From contig DASPQI010000462.1 of NCBI GenBank assembly GCA_035625045.1, positions 1 through 43,958 of the forward strand: a stretch of DNA of 43,958 nucleotides, in the 5' to 3' direction. A model generated the notes under the pieces. That model saw nothing but the letters and a program-made list of their open reading frames with translations. It was not told the origin of the DNA and searched no databases. Shown piece by piece: positions 26,187 to 34,782 of the stretch (the stretch's first letter is position 1; the number at the start of each line of letters is the position of its first letter). Both the position numbers and the translations under genes were made by a program. Source of the DNA: Syntrophales bacterium (lineage in GTDB: Bacteria > Desulfobacterota > Syntrophia > Syntrophales > UBA2185).

Positions 26187-27068
26187 ATGCAATTAGATAC
26201 ACCCGATCAGGAATATATGTACTCGGGTCATGTTGGCTGTCCCGGATGCGGTGCCGCGATTGCCATGCGGTTCATGCTTAAGGCCGTGGGGGAAAAGACC
26301 ATTGTAGTGCTTCCCGCGTGCTGCTGGTCCATTATCGCCGGACCCTACCCGCAGTCAACCCTGAAGGTTCCGGTCATTCATTCCGCCTTTGAGACCGGCG
26401 GGGCGGTTGCCAGTGGCGTCCGCGCCGCCCTTGATATGAAGGGTGATACAGAAACGACTGTCGTAACCTGGGCGGGCGACGGTGGCACATTCGATATCGG
26501 CTTTCAGGCCTTAAGCGGGGCTGTGGAGCGGAATGAGGATTTTATCTATGTGTGCTATGACAACGAAGCATACATGAATACAGGCGTGCAGCGCAGCTCA
26601 TCAACCCCATATGGCGCCTGGACCACGACGACACCCGGCCAGGAATGGAAGAAGATGCGAAAAAAGAATATTGTCGAGGCCCTCGTCGCACACCGCATCC
26701 CTTATGCCGCCACAGCAAATATAGCTTACCCTGAAGATCTGGTCCGGAAAGTTCAGAAAGCGAAGGGGATGAAGGGTTCCAGATTCATCCATATCTTTGC
26801 GAGCTGTCCGACTGGCTGGCGCATCCCGTCTGAGATGTCCGTCAAGATCGCCCGTATGGCCGTGCAGACAAATATCTTCCCGCTCTATGAGGTGGAAGAT
26901 GGTTTCAAATATACCATCAATTACAAACCCAAAGAATATCTGGTGAGGGAGTATTTTAAACTTCAGGGGCGGTTCCGGCACCTTTCCGACAAGGACCTGG
27001 ATCAGATCCAGGAAATGGTCAACGAAGACTGGGAACTGCTGCTGCGCAAAGCGGGAGAACGTGCCTGA
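26187..27068 (+). CDS. 2-oxoacid:ferredoxin oxidoreductase, beta (TPP-binding) subunit
   Basis: CPGCG..., WAGDGGTFDIGFQALSGAVERNEDFIYVCYDNEAYMNTGVQ. GAGG RBS. Confidence 0.9.
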   Translation: MQLDTPDQEYMYSGHVGCPGCGAAIAMRFMLKAVGEKTIVVLPACCWSIIAGPYPQSTLKVPVIHSAFETGGAVASGVRAALDMKGDTETTVVTWAGDGGTFDIGFQALSGAVERNEDFIYVCYDNEAYMNTGVQRSSSTPYGAWTTTTPGQEWKKMRKKNIVEALVAHRIPYAATANIAYPEDLVRKVQKAKGMKGSRFIHIFASCPTGWRIPSEMSVKIARMAVQTNIFPLYEVEDGFKYTINYKPKEYLVREYFKLQGRFRHLSDKDLDQIQEMVNEDWELLLRKAGERA

Positions 27069-27087
27069 CGCTTAAGATGAGCCTTTG

Positions 27088-27384
27088 TCAGATATCCTGG
27101 CCTGCAAAATCAGTCAGATCCTTTTCTCTCAGGATGGATCTTTTCCATATGTTGATAACGGGCAGTATATAAGGCAGAAGCCTCATCGAGTAGTAGGAAG
27201 GAAGTAGAGGCAGACCAATAAGGTCGCCAAAAACGACAAGCATGAAAAGATTATTGATACGCCCTTTCTCTTTTTTCAGTTCCAAGTCCATTTCATGAAT
27301 GGTCAATCCGTAAAGGACTTCATTCAAAGTCTTTCTAACATCATCCAACTTCTTGAGGTAATAAGAAATCAAGTCGTCGTTCAC
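27088..27384 (-). CDS. Hypothetical small protein (98 aa) with a hydrophobic central segment
   Basis: Intact ORF in an otherwise empty interval. No recognisable motif. Confidence 0.4.
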   Translation of the reverse strand: MNDDLISYYLKKLDDVRKTLNEVLYGLTIHEMDLELKKEKGRINNLFMLVVFGDLIGLPLLPSYYSMRLLPYILPVINIWKRSILREKDLTDFAGQDI

Positions 27385-27506
27385 TGAAATTTCTCCTTAT
27401 TGCATTTGAGATTCCCCGGACGTTAGATATTTAACAGAAAGGACAGGAAATATCAATCCTGCTGCCTGTGTGCACGATGCAATGCCAATCTGGTAATTAA
27501 ATGGTG

Positions 27507-27535
27507 TTGACATGCAAGACTTCATCACCTATACT
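27507..27535 (+). promoter_or_regulatory. Candidate sigma70 promoter
   Basis: TTGACA (27507-27512), 17 nt, then TATACT (27530-27535). About 100 nt upstream of the J-domain gene. Confidence 0.55.
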
Positions 27536-27640
27536 TTTCATACTCAAATACTCTCATCCAACAAATAGACTGTCGGACCGGATTGCCGGGAAGAATCACC
27601 TATCCTGGGACTTTATGCATATTACGGAGATGTTCCTGAT

Positions 27641-28135
27641 ATGAACTACCCTTGGCAGACAGACTGGAAAGACTATTATAAGGTACTGCAGGTTATCCCG
27701 GAAGCGGAGCCTGAAGTCATAGACGGTGCCTATAAAAGACTTGTAACCAAATATCATCCCGACAATAAGAAAACGGGTAATGCAAAAAAGTTCCGATTGA
27801 TTCATGAGGCCCATGAGATCCTGGCTGATCCCGTTAAGAAAAAGGAATATGATAACGCGTACCGAAACCGCTTCAAAGGCGGAGATCGGCACCAGATTAT
27901 TGCAGCAGGTGATAAAAGGGATAAAGATCACGGCCCCATAGTGACGCCCACTTTTCAAAAAAAATCAGATGTGCAAGATACGCAATCATCAAAAACATTC
28001 TGTAATGATAGCTCCTGTACAGGGGTGATAGACGAAAACGGTTTTTGTTCGGAATGTAAAAAAGCATATATACAGGAAGCACAGAGAGAAATGAAAGAAC
28101 GGCCTGATAAGCGAATTATTGATGAAGATATTTAG
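27641..28135 (+). CDS. J-domain protein with a C-terminal Cys4 zinc-ribbon-like motif
   Basis: DYYKVLQV...AYKRLVTKYHPDN (HPD tripeptide) ...ILADPVKKKEYD. C-terminal CNDSSC...CSEC. Confidence 0.8.
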   Translation: MNYPWQTDWKDYYKVLQVIPEAEPEVIDGAYKRLVTKYHPDNKKTGNAKKFRLIHEAHEILADPVKKKEYDNAYRNRFKGGDRHQIIAAGDKRDKDHGPIVTPTFQKKSDVQDTQSSKTFCNDSSCTGVIDENGFCSECKKAYIQEAQREMKERPDKRIIDEDI

Positions 28136-28182
28136 TATAGTGATACTCGTATATGAATATTAACCGGAAAGGGAACTGATGT

Positions 28183-28851
28183 ATGTCTACTATGGAATTA
28201 ACGAAAGAAGGGGCTGTTTATATCCTGACCCTGATGAACGGCACCGATGCAAATACCATCACGGAAGATGTGATCGGTGAATATCACGACGTTTTGGATG
28301 AACTTGAAGCCTCTGCAGAAAACGCCGCCCTGGTCATGACAAGTAATGACCAGAAATTCTGGTGCAACGGCGTCAATTTGGATTGGATTGTCAAGCAGCC
28401 GCACGATTACTTTCCGAAATTTGTGCAGCTCCTTGATGAATTATATTTAAGATTCGCCCTGCTCCCTATGCCTGCGGTAGGTTGCCTTACGGGACATACC
28501 TATGCAGGGGGAGCCGTTCTCGCCACGACACTGGACTTCCGTATCATGAGAAAGGATAAGGGCTTCTTCTGTTTTCCCGAAGTGGACATCAAGATTCCAT
28601 TCAGCCCGGTCATGTATGAGATACTCCGGTTGCTGCCCGACCACCATGCCCTCAACGAACTACTGCTTACCGGAAGACGGATAGGCGGCACAGATGCATT
28701 GGAAATGAAGATTGTCTCGGCAGTATATCCTCAGGAAACGCTTTTTAAAAAGGCAATGGAACTGGCAATATCTCTGGCCAAGAAAGACCGCAAAACATAT
28801 GCCAATATTAAACGCGGACTGCGGCAGAATTTGGTGAGATTCACCCTTTGA
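28183..28851 (+). CDS. Enoyl-CoA hydratase/isomerase (crotonase) family protein
   Basis: Crotonase-type pattern: VYILTLMNG...NGVNLDW...VGCLTGHTYAGGAVLATTLDFRIM...FPEVDIKIPF. Confidence 0.75.
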   Translation: MSTMELTKEGAVYILTLMNGTDANTITEDVIGEYHDVLDELEASAENAALVMTSNDQKFWCNGVNLDWIVKQPHDYFPKFVQLLDELYLRFALLPMPAVGCLTGHTYAGGAVLATTLDFRIMRKDKGFFCFPEVDIKIPFSPVMYEILRLLPDHHALNELLLTGRRIGGTDALEMKIVSAVYPQETLFKKAMELAISLAKKDRKTYANIKRGLRQNLVRFTL

Positions 28852-29017
28852 GAAACGGCTGACGCGTTAAAAAATGGATTCCCGTTCCCTGTCCAGGTCG
28901 AGGACAGGCATCAAGGGAAACAATTATGCTCCATGGCGCACCACAAATGTCTGAAAAACTTCGATCCCATTAGTCTCCCTTTTATAAAGGGAGATTTAGA
29001 GGAATTTTGCTGATGTA

Positions 29018-29049
29018 GAACCACCCCCAACCCCCGCCAGCGGGGGACA
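29018..29049. repeat. GC-rich palindromic repeat (family 1 core), copy B
   Basis: GAACCACCCCCAACCCCCGCCAGCGGGGGACA. It is flanked by further hairpins: TCTCCCTTT-TATA-AAGGGAGA (28974-28995) and CCCCCTTT-AGA-AAAGGGGG (29059-29077). Confidence 0.8.
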
Positions 29050-29143
29050 GCCCCCGCCCCCCTTTAGAAAAGGGGGTGTGCAAATGTATTTTTCAGAGTA
29101 ATACAAAATATGCACATTTTGAGTCGTTACGAAACCGAAGTCG

Positions 29144-30505
29144 TCACTCTTTGAGGCCGTACTTCTTAAGCTTATACCGCAGCATCCGTTCGCTGATGCC
29201 GAGGATTTCTGCGGCTTTCGTCTGATGATCACCCGCCTTTTCCATGGCATCGAGGATTAGTTTGCGTTCCATTTCTTCAATTGATCCCCGGAGCAATCCC
29301 TCTTTCTTACCTGCTTCTTCCGGAAAGATTCTCTCTTCCGTAAACGGAAGATCATCTACTGAAATGACCGAATTTCTCGAAATCACCACGGCCCGCTCGA
29401 TGATATTTTCCAATTCCCTGACATTACCGGGATAATCGTATTTTAAAAGCAGGTCTCTTGCCTCGCTCGTTACGCCTGTTATGTTTTTTCCGTTTTCTAC
29501 AGCAAAACGTTTAAGGAAGTGGTCGATCAGTACGGGCACGTCTTCCTTTCTCTCTCTCAGAGGGGGAATGTCCATGGCAACCACATTCAACCTGTAGAAG
29601 AGGTCTTCTCTGAAACTCCCTTCTTTGACCTTTGATTCCAGATCGCGGTTGGTCGCGCTGATGATCCGCACGTCGGAATGAATGGTCTGATTGCCGCCTA
29701 CTCGCTGAAATTCTCGTTCCTGAAGGAAACGAAGGAGCTTTACTTGCACAGGGGCCGATATATCGCCAATCTCATCCAAAAACAGGGTTCCCCCGTCGGC
29801 TTCCTCAAACCTGCCGATTCTTCTTGCCGTTGCACCGGTAAATGCCCCCCTTTCATGGCCAAATAGCTCGCTTTCGAGCAGACTCTCGGGAAGGGCGCTG
29901 CAGTTTACCGTAATAATGGGACTTGCCGAACGGGGACTGAGATTGTGTATCAATCTGGCCAGGAGTTCCTTCCCCGTACCGCTTTCACCCTTCAAAAGGA
30001 CGGTGGCGCGGCTGGCCGCGATCCTCCTCGCCATATTTATCAGGGCATTCATCTTCGGACTTCCATAAATAATCATGTCCATCGTGACGCCCTTTTCTCT
30101 CAGCTCCTGGCGAAGCATCTCATTTTCCCGGAGCAGGGTACGCCGCTCCGAAACACGATCTACGAGGATAAGAAGCTCATCAAATTCTATAGGCTTGGTA
30201 ATGTAATCTATAGCCCCCGCCTTCATGGCCTCCACCGCTGTTTCTATTGTTCCGTACGCGGTAATGATAACCACATCAATCTCCGGATTGATCTTCTTCA
30301 CCTCTTTAAGCACCTGCATGCCGTCCATGCCGGGCATCTTATAATCGAGGAGAAGCATGTCAAAATGACCTTTTAGAACAGACTTGATTGCCGCATCTCC
30401 GTTTTCAGCTTCCGTTACCGTATGGCCTTCCTTAATCAGAAAATCCCGGAGCATCTCCCGCTGTGACTTTCCATCCTCGACGACCAGAATATTTAACTTC
30501 TTCAT
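29144..30505 (-). CDS. Sigma54-dependent response regulator (NtrC/AtoC/ZraR family)
   Basis: Receiver ILVVEDG...MLLLDYKMPGMDG...KP. AAA+ domain GESGTGKE, GAFTGA, FLDEIGD. C-terminal Fis-type HTH AAEILGISERMLRYKLKKYG. Confidence 0.95.
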   Translation of the reverse strand: MKKLNILVVEDGKSQREMLRDFLIKEGHTVTEAENGDAAIKSVLKGHFDMLLLDYKMPGMDGMQVLKEVKKINPEIDVVIITAYGTIETAVEAMKAGAIDYITKPIEFDELLILVDRVSERRTLLRENEMLRQELREKGVTMDMIIYGSPKMNALINMARRIAASRATVLLKGESGTGKELLARLIHNLSPRSASPIITVNCSALPESLLESELFGHERGAFTGATARRIGRFEEADGGTLFLDEIGDISAPVQVKLLRFLQEREFQRVGGNQTIHSDVRIISATNRDLESKVKEGSFREDLFYRLNVVAMDIPPLRERKEDVPVLIDHFLKRFAVENGKNITGVTSEARDLLLKYDYPGNVRELENIIERAVVISRNSVISVDDLPFTEERIFPEEAGKKEGLLRGSIEEMERKLILDAMEKAGDHQTKAAEILGISERMLRYKLKKYGLKE

Positions 30506-32310
30506 GCCCGAGCACCTTCAGTTTTTCCGTTTTTGTCGCCAGCCCTTTCTCTCGGCAGCAATATCTCAAAGGTCGTACCCGAACCTGGTCGGCTTGCGAC
30601 ACGGATTTCACCGCCATGGCCGCGGATAATCTCGTGAGCAAGGGGAAGCCCCAAGCCCAGGCCTTTTTCCTTTGTTGTATATTCGGGATTGAAGATCCGC
30701 TCCACTTCTTCAACTGACATGCCGCACCCGTTGTCCGATATTTTTATACTGACCCGGTCCTTCCCGCCCGAATCCACGGAGATAATGACAGAGCCTTCTC
30801 CGGATATAGATTCCATGGCATTCTTCACAAAATTGATAATAGCCTGCTCGAGTTTATCCACATCCATGGGAATAATCGCCGGAGTACCGTTGTATCTGGT
30901 TTCCACCTTAATTCCTTTCGAGGCGGCCTCTTCACGAATCAGATTGACAATTTTTTGCAGTAGCTCGGAAACTGGGTAGTCATGGAGCTCCAGACGGCGA
31001 CTTTTAGAAAATGTTAGAAACTCTTCAATGATTCCATCCAGACGTCTGATTTCATCGCGAATAACACCGGCAAGAGTTTTAAACTCTCTTATCTTGTCCT
31101 CATCCGCCGGCATGAATTCCCGTTTGAGTCTCTGGCTGGCCATACTAATAGCGTTAAGGGGATTGCGAATTTCATGAGCCACACCCGCGGCAAGATGGCC
31201 GAGGGCAGACAACCTTTCGGCCTTTTCGAGCTGTCTTTCCATTTCTACAATCCCTGCCAGATGCCTGTTTTGATTATGGTAGAGTGTCCACATCGACAAT
31301 AGGGTGATCAGGATGATAGAACTCATGAAAAGGATAATGTTGCGTTTATTTTCTTCAATGATCTCATCCGTACCTTCCCGATCAAGGCCGAGCCTAGCAA
31401 CTCCCGCTACCTTGCCGAACAAGTATATGGGCGCTGCTATATCCAGAACCTTTTTATTGTTGGAAACGATCTTTCTGCTTTCAAATTTTTTCGTGCCTGC
31501 CAGAATTTCAGCGGTTTGTGCATTACTCCTTTCCCACTTTTCAGGAAGCTGACCCGCGCTGCCCAGGAGCATGTTCCGCTGGTCTGTGATCGTAATATAA
31601 ACCAGACCCTGCCCTTGTCCATGACCCAGTCCTTCCAGGGCTTTTTCTACAGACACCTTCACGCCCCAATACCTCTGGCCGTCCCGATCAAGGGCAATGA
31701 TGACCGTACCGCTTCCATCTTTACGGCGAAGTGCAACAAACCCGATCTTTTTAAGGCTGCCGAGCTTTGCGAAAAGATCCACGTTGATATCTTCTTTCCT
31801 TATCACCGCGGAAGGGCTCCCACCGACTAGATCTGCCGACAGCGACCTGCTTTGGTACACGGCCTTTCCCTGTCTATTAAGAACGGCGACATACCATAAA
31901 CTTTTTTCTTCGGCACATTTGACCAAATATTCTTCATTCAGATGGCCGGCCTTCCATTCTTTATCGATAGTCCGCGCCAATTCCACAAGGGCGGTTGTCA
32001 ATGACTTTTGCGGTAATAGTGCCTCATCAACGAGAGGAACCGTCGTACTTCCGCTGTCCCTCTTGTATGCCTGGATCATGGCATTCAGGTTTTCCTGGGA
32101 CAACCTCTCGACAACACCTATTATACGGAGACCCTGGTTCTCCATGAAACCCATAAGTATCCTGTCACTTCGCCTGAGATCCATAATCCCCATTGTAAGG
32201 ATGAGCCCAATGAAAACGGCACAGACAATGGCCACGGCGATAGGCTGTAAGAAACGCCGGTCATACTTGGGAGAGAGGTGCTGCCAGATAACTTTGTTTT
32301 GCGGTGTCAT
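30502..32310 (-). CDS. Sensor histidine kinase (two TM segments flanking a ~290-aa extracytoplasmic domain; HisKA/HATPase)
   Basis: H-box LAAGVAHEIRNPLNAI, N-box NFVKNAMES, G-boxes SDNGCGM and GLGLGLPLA. 4-nt overlap with the regulator gene. Confidence 0.9.
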   Translation of the reverse strand: MTPQNKVIWQHLSPKYDRRFLQPIAVAIVCAVFIGLILTMGIMDLRRSDRILMGFMENQGLRIIGVVERLSQENLNAMIQAYKRDSGSTTVPLVDEALLPQKSLTTALVELARTIDKEWKAGHLNEEYLVKCAEEKSLWYVAVLNRQGKAVYQSRSLSADLVGGSPSAVIRKEDINVDLFAKLGSLKKIGFVALRRKDGSGTVIIALDRDGQRYWGVKVSVEKALEGLGHGQGQGLVYITITDQRNMLLGSAGQLPEKWERSNAQTAEILAGTKKFESRKIVSNNKKVLDIAAPIYLFGKVAGVARLGLDREGTDEIIEENKRNIILFMSSIILITLLSMWTLYHNQNRHLAGIVEMERQLEKAERLSALGHLAAGVAHEIRNPLNAISMASQRLKREFMPADEDKIREFKTLAGVIRDEIRRLDGIIEEFLTFSKSRRLELHDYPVSELLQKIVNLIREEAASKGIKVETRYNGTPAIIPMDVDKLEQAIINFVKNAMESISGEGSVIISVDSGGKDRVSIKISDNGCGMSVEEVERIFNPEYTTKEKGLGLGLPLAHEIIRGHGGEIRVASRPGSGTTFEILLPRERAGDKNGKTEGARA

Positions 32311-32628
32311 AATATTATCTTGCCGAAAATTGGTCAGTTACTGTTGATATGTCTGGTCGACAATCATATGTTATTAGCATTAAAAGTCAATGACTTCTTA
32401 ATGATAGAGAAAATCGAATTCGTACGAAAAAATTCGACAATTATGTCGATCAGCCGATCAATTGGTGTCTATTTAATAAGTACTTGTTATTTATAGCATT
32501 ATGTATCAGCCGCCAGCCATGTATCGACATTTTTTGCCCATTGTCCCCTAATGAATGTAAATTACTTATATTTCTTTTTTCCGCATTAGTATTGTAAAAT
32601 AAGGCGCTTACAAAGCATTATCCAAATA

Positions 32629-32644
32629 TGGCACAACACATGCA
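32629..32644 (+). promoter_or_regulatory. Near-consensus sigma54 (-24/-12) promoter
   Basis: TGGCAC (32629-32634), 5 nt, then ATGCA (32640-32644). This matches 10 of 11 consensus positions (TGGCAC-N5-TTGCA). It is intergenic and points away from the kinase/regulator operon. Confidence 0.6.
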
Positions 32645-32654
32645 TCTATATTAC

Positions 32655-32782
32655 TACAAAAGTTAATTATCGGTTAATACACGGGCATGATTGGCCGGTA
32701 GTAAACTCAAAACTTGAGAAGGCGTTAAACCTTCACTCCTCCTGAATTGGGGAGACATTATGTCTCCCCTTTCTTTTTTTTA
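32655..32782 (+). ncRNA. Candidate sigma54-dependent small RNA (~125 nt)
   Basis: Bounded by the sigma54 promoter and a strong intrinsic terminator, with no ORF longer than 4 codons. There is an internal CTCAA-aac-TTGAG hairpin (32706-32718) and an unpaired CUCCUCC anti-Shine-Dalgarno-like tract (32736-32742) just before the terminator. Confidence 0.45.
32749..32781 (+). terminator. Intrinsic terminator, plus-strand specific
   Basis: GGGGAGACA-tta-TGTCTCCCC (9-bp perfect stem) followed by TTTCTTTTTTTT. On the minus strand the hairpin is followed by AATTCAGG, with no U-run. The loop is the rarA stop codon. Confidence 0.75.
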
Positions 32783-34122
32783 TCTTTTTCGCCCATTGAT
32801 TCTCGGAGTCTCCGCCAATGCTTAATTCTTTCTTTTATCACCTTTTCATATCCTCTGTCCGTGGGTATATAGAAAGTTTCTCCTTTTAATTCATCAGGAA
32901 GATAGTCCTGAGGAACATAAGCATCTTCGAAATCATGGGCATACTGATAGCCTTTGCCATAGCCAATATCCTTCATTAACCGTGTAGGTGCGTTTCTGAT
33001 ATGAAGAGGCACGGCCAGGGTGCCGGTTTGGCTTATAGTCCTCCTGACTCTGCCATAAGCTGCATACAGGGAATTACTCTTTGGGGCTGTAGCAAGATAT
33101 ACAGCAGCCTGGGCCAGAGCAAGCTCCCCTTCAGGAATACCGATAAACTGAAAGGCCTGCATGGCGGAAACAGCAATGGTAAGTGCTGTCGGATCTGCAT
33201 TCCCGACGTCTTCAGACGCAAATCTCACCATTCGCCGTGCGATATAAAGAGGATCCTCACCCGCGGCAAGCATACGTCCCAGCCAGTAAAGGGCGGCATC
33301 AGGATCGCTCCCCCGGAGGCTCTTGTGAAGGGCTGAGATCAGGTTGTAGTGCTCCTCGCCTCCCTTGTCATACTGTAGCGCCTTTTTCTGAATTGCTTCC
33401 TCCACCACCGCACGAGTAATTTTTCTTTCGTGTGTATCATTAATCGTGAGAAGAGATGCTGCTGCCTCAAGGCTGTTCAAGGCCATGCGCGCATCCCCAT
33501 CCGCAGACCAGACGATGCGGTCAAGCGCCTCGTCATCTATCTCAAGGGAGAGCGTCCCCAGGCCTCTCTCTTTATCATGGACAGCCCGCTTGATCATGAT
33601 CGACAGTTCTTCATCAGAATAAGGCTTGAGGAGCATAACCCGTGATCGCGACAGGAGGGGAGAAATGACCTCAAATGACGGATTTTCCGTAGTCGCGCCA
33701 ATGAGCGTGATGAGGCCCCTCTCGACATGCGGCAAGAAGGCGTCCTGCTGGGCCTTATTGAATCTGTGTATTTCATCGACAAATAAAATTGTCCTTCTGC
33801 GATGGTAACTCCATTGCGAATTCGCCTCGTCAACAACCGCCCTGATCTCTTTTACCCCGGACATGACGGCTGAAAAACTCACGAAATTTGATTTCGTTTC
33901 ATGAGCTATAAGTCGGGCCAACGTTGTCTTTCCGGAGCCGGGCGGACCCCAGAAAATCATGGAAAACAGTTTGTCTTCTTTAATGGCGCGGCGAAGCAGA
34001 CTGCCATCGCTCAGAAGATGCGTCTGCCCTACAAACTCGGCAAGAGTCCGGGGCCGCATCCTGTCTGCCAGGGGACTTAGTTCCGTCCCGTTATTCTTTT
34101 GATCAAATAGATCCATGATCAT
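32758..34122 (-). CDS. rarA: Replication-associated recombination protein A (AAA+ ATPase)
   Basis: LADRMRP, FWGPPGSGKTTLARLIA, ILFVDEIHRFNKAQQDAFLP, and an MgsA C-terminal region (HYNLISALHKSLRGSDPDAALYWL). Confidence 0.95.
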   Translation of the reverse strand: MIMDLFDQKNNGTELSPLADRMRPRTLAEFVGQTHLLSDGSLLRRAIKEDKLFSMIFWGPPGSGKTTLARLIAHETKSNFVSFSAVMSGVKEIRAVVDEANSQWSYHRRRTILFVDEIHRFNKAQQDAFLPHVERGLITLIGATTENPSFEVISPLLSRSRVMLLKPYSDEELSIMIKRAVHDKERGLGTLSLEIDDEALDRIVWSADGDARMALNSLEAAASLLTINDTHERKITRAVVEEAIQKKALQYDKGGEEHYNLISALHKSLRGSDPDAALYWLGRMLAAGEDPLYIARRMVRFASEDVGNADPTALTIAVSAMQAFQFIGIPEGELALAQAAVYLATAPKSNSLYAAYGRVRRTISQTGTLAVPLHIRNAPTRLMKDIGYGKGYQYAHDFEDAYVPQDYLPDELKGETFYIPTDRGYEKVIKERIKHWRRLRESMGEKDKKKKGET

Positions 34123-34161
34123 TAATTCATTCGTTGAAAGCTTCGAAATCTACATTGCAGG

Positions 34162-34239
34162 TCATTGCGAGGAGCTGCGCGACGCGGCAATCTCCAACCA
34201 CATCAATGTAATACTAGATTGCTTCGCTATGCTCGCAAT
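34162..34239. repeat. Long imperfect inverted-repeat element (family 2)
   Basis: GTCATTGCGAG (34162-34172) and CTCGCAATGAC (34229-34239) form a perfect 11-bp inverted repeat. An inner GCGGCAATCT/AGATTGCTTCGC pairing is also present. The motif CGCGGCAATCTC recurs at about 37613-37627. Confidence 0.7.
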
Positions 34240-34255
34240 GACAAACAATTATTTT

Positions 34256-34525
34256 TCACAGGTTCTCTTTATTTGTAAGCCTTTTCGCCTCTTCAATGAG
34301 TTCGATGAGTGTTGTTACTTTATCCTTTGGCACTTTCAGGACAAAATTATTCCACGAAGCTGTCGTCATACTTTCTCTCAGGTGCTGCTCAACGGGGAAA
34401 TAAGGATACCAGCAGGTGATAACGCGCAGGCAGGGCAGCCCTCCTCCTTCCTTTCGGCAGTAAGAAAATTTGACTTCACCACCAAGACGCGGACATCTGA
34501 TTTCTAAATTATCATACTTATCCAT
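34256..34525 (-). CDS. Hypothetical Cys-containing small protein (89 aa)
   Basis: Intact ORF. Cys pattern CPRLGG...YC...PC...C suggests a metal-binding knuckle. No family recognised. Confidence 0.4.
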   Translation of the reverse strand: MDKYDNLEIRCPRLGGEVKFSYCRKEGGGLPCLRVITCWYPYFPVEQHLRESMTTASWNNFVLKVPKDKVTTLIELIEEAKRLTNKENL

Positions 34526-34612
34526 ATAAACAAGACATCACAACATTAATGCAAATTTAAATTTTGATATTTCAAAATCATTATAATCTGCGCTGAATGA
34601 TCGCAATAGTCG

Positions 34613-34671
34613 TTCCCGTGCATACGGGAATCCAGTATTTTAAAGATCTGGATTCCGGATCAAGTCCGGAA
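34613..34671. repeat. Cluster of overlapping GC-rich hairpins (family 3, TCCCGnnnnnCGGGA type)
   Basis: TTCCCGT-gcat-ACGGGAA (34613-34630); GGAATCCAG...CTGGATTCC (34627-34656); TTCCGGA-tcaag-TCCGGAA (34653-34671). Confidence 0.65.
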
Positions 34672-34782
34672 TGACAGTAAACCTGTGTTTACCATCCCTA
34701 AAAACAAAGAAGCCGTCAAGGGGAATCTTCGCATCCTCCCTGACGGCTTCAAGCTTGTAGATCAGCGTTTTTCGAAAGCCTG

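Noticed and set aside
32278-32496. 72-aa plus-strand ORF upstream of the sensor kinase
   Set aside because: It is AT-rich with Ile/Leu-biased composition, has no RBS and overlaps the kinase start region. It is more likely promoter or UAS DNA.
32749-32769. The GGGGAGACA/TGTCTCCCC hairpin as the rarA terminator
   Set aside because: On the rarA (minus) strand the stem is followed by AATTCAGG with no U-tract. The U-tract is present only on the plus strand. It may still pause or stabilise the rarA mRNA, but its polarity fits a plus-strand transcript.
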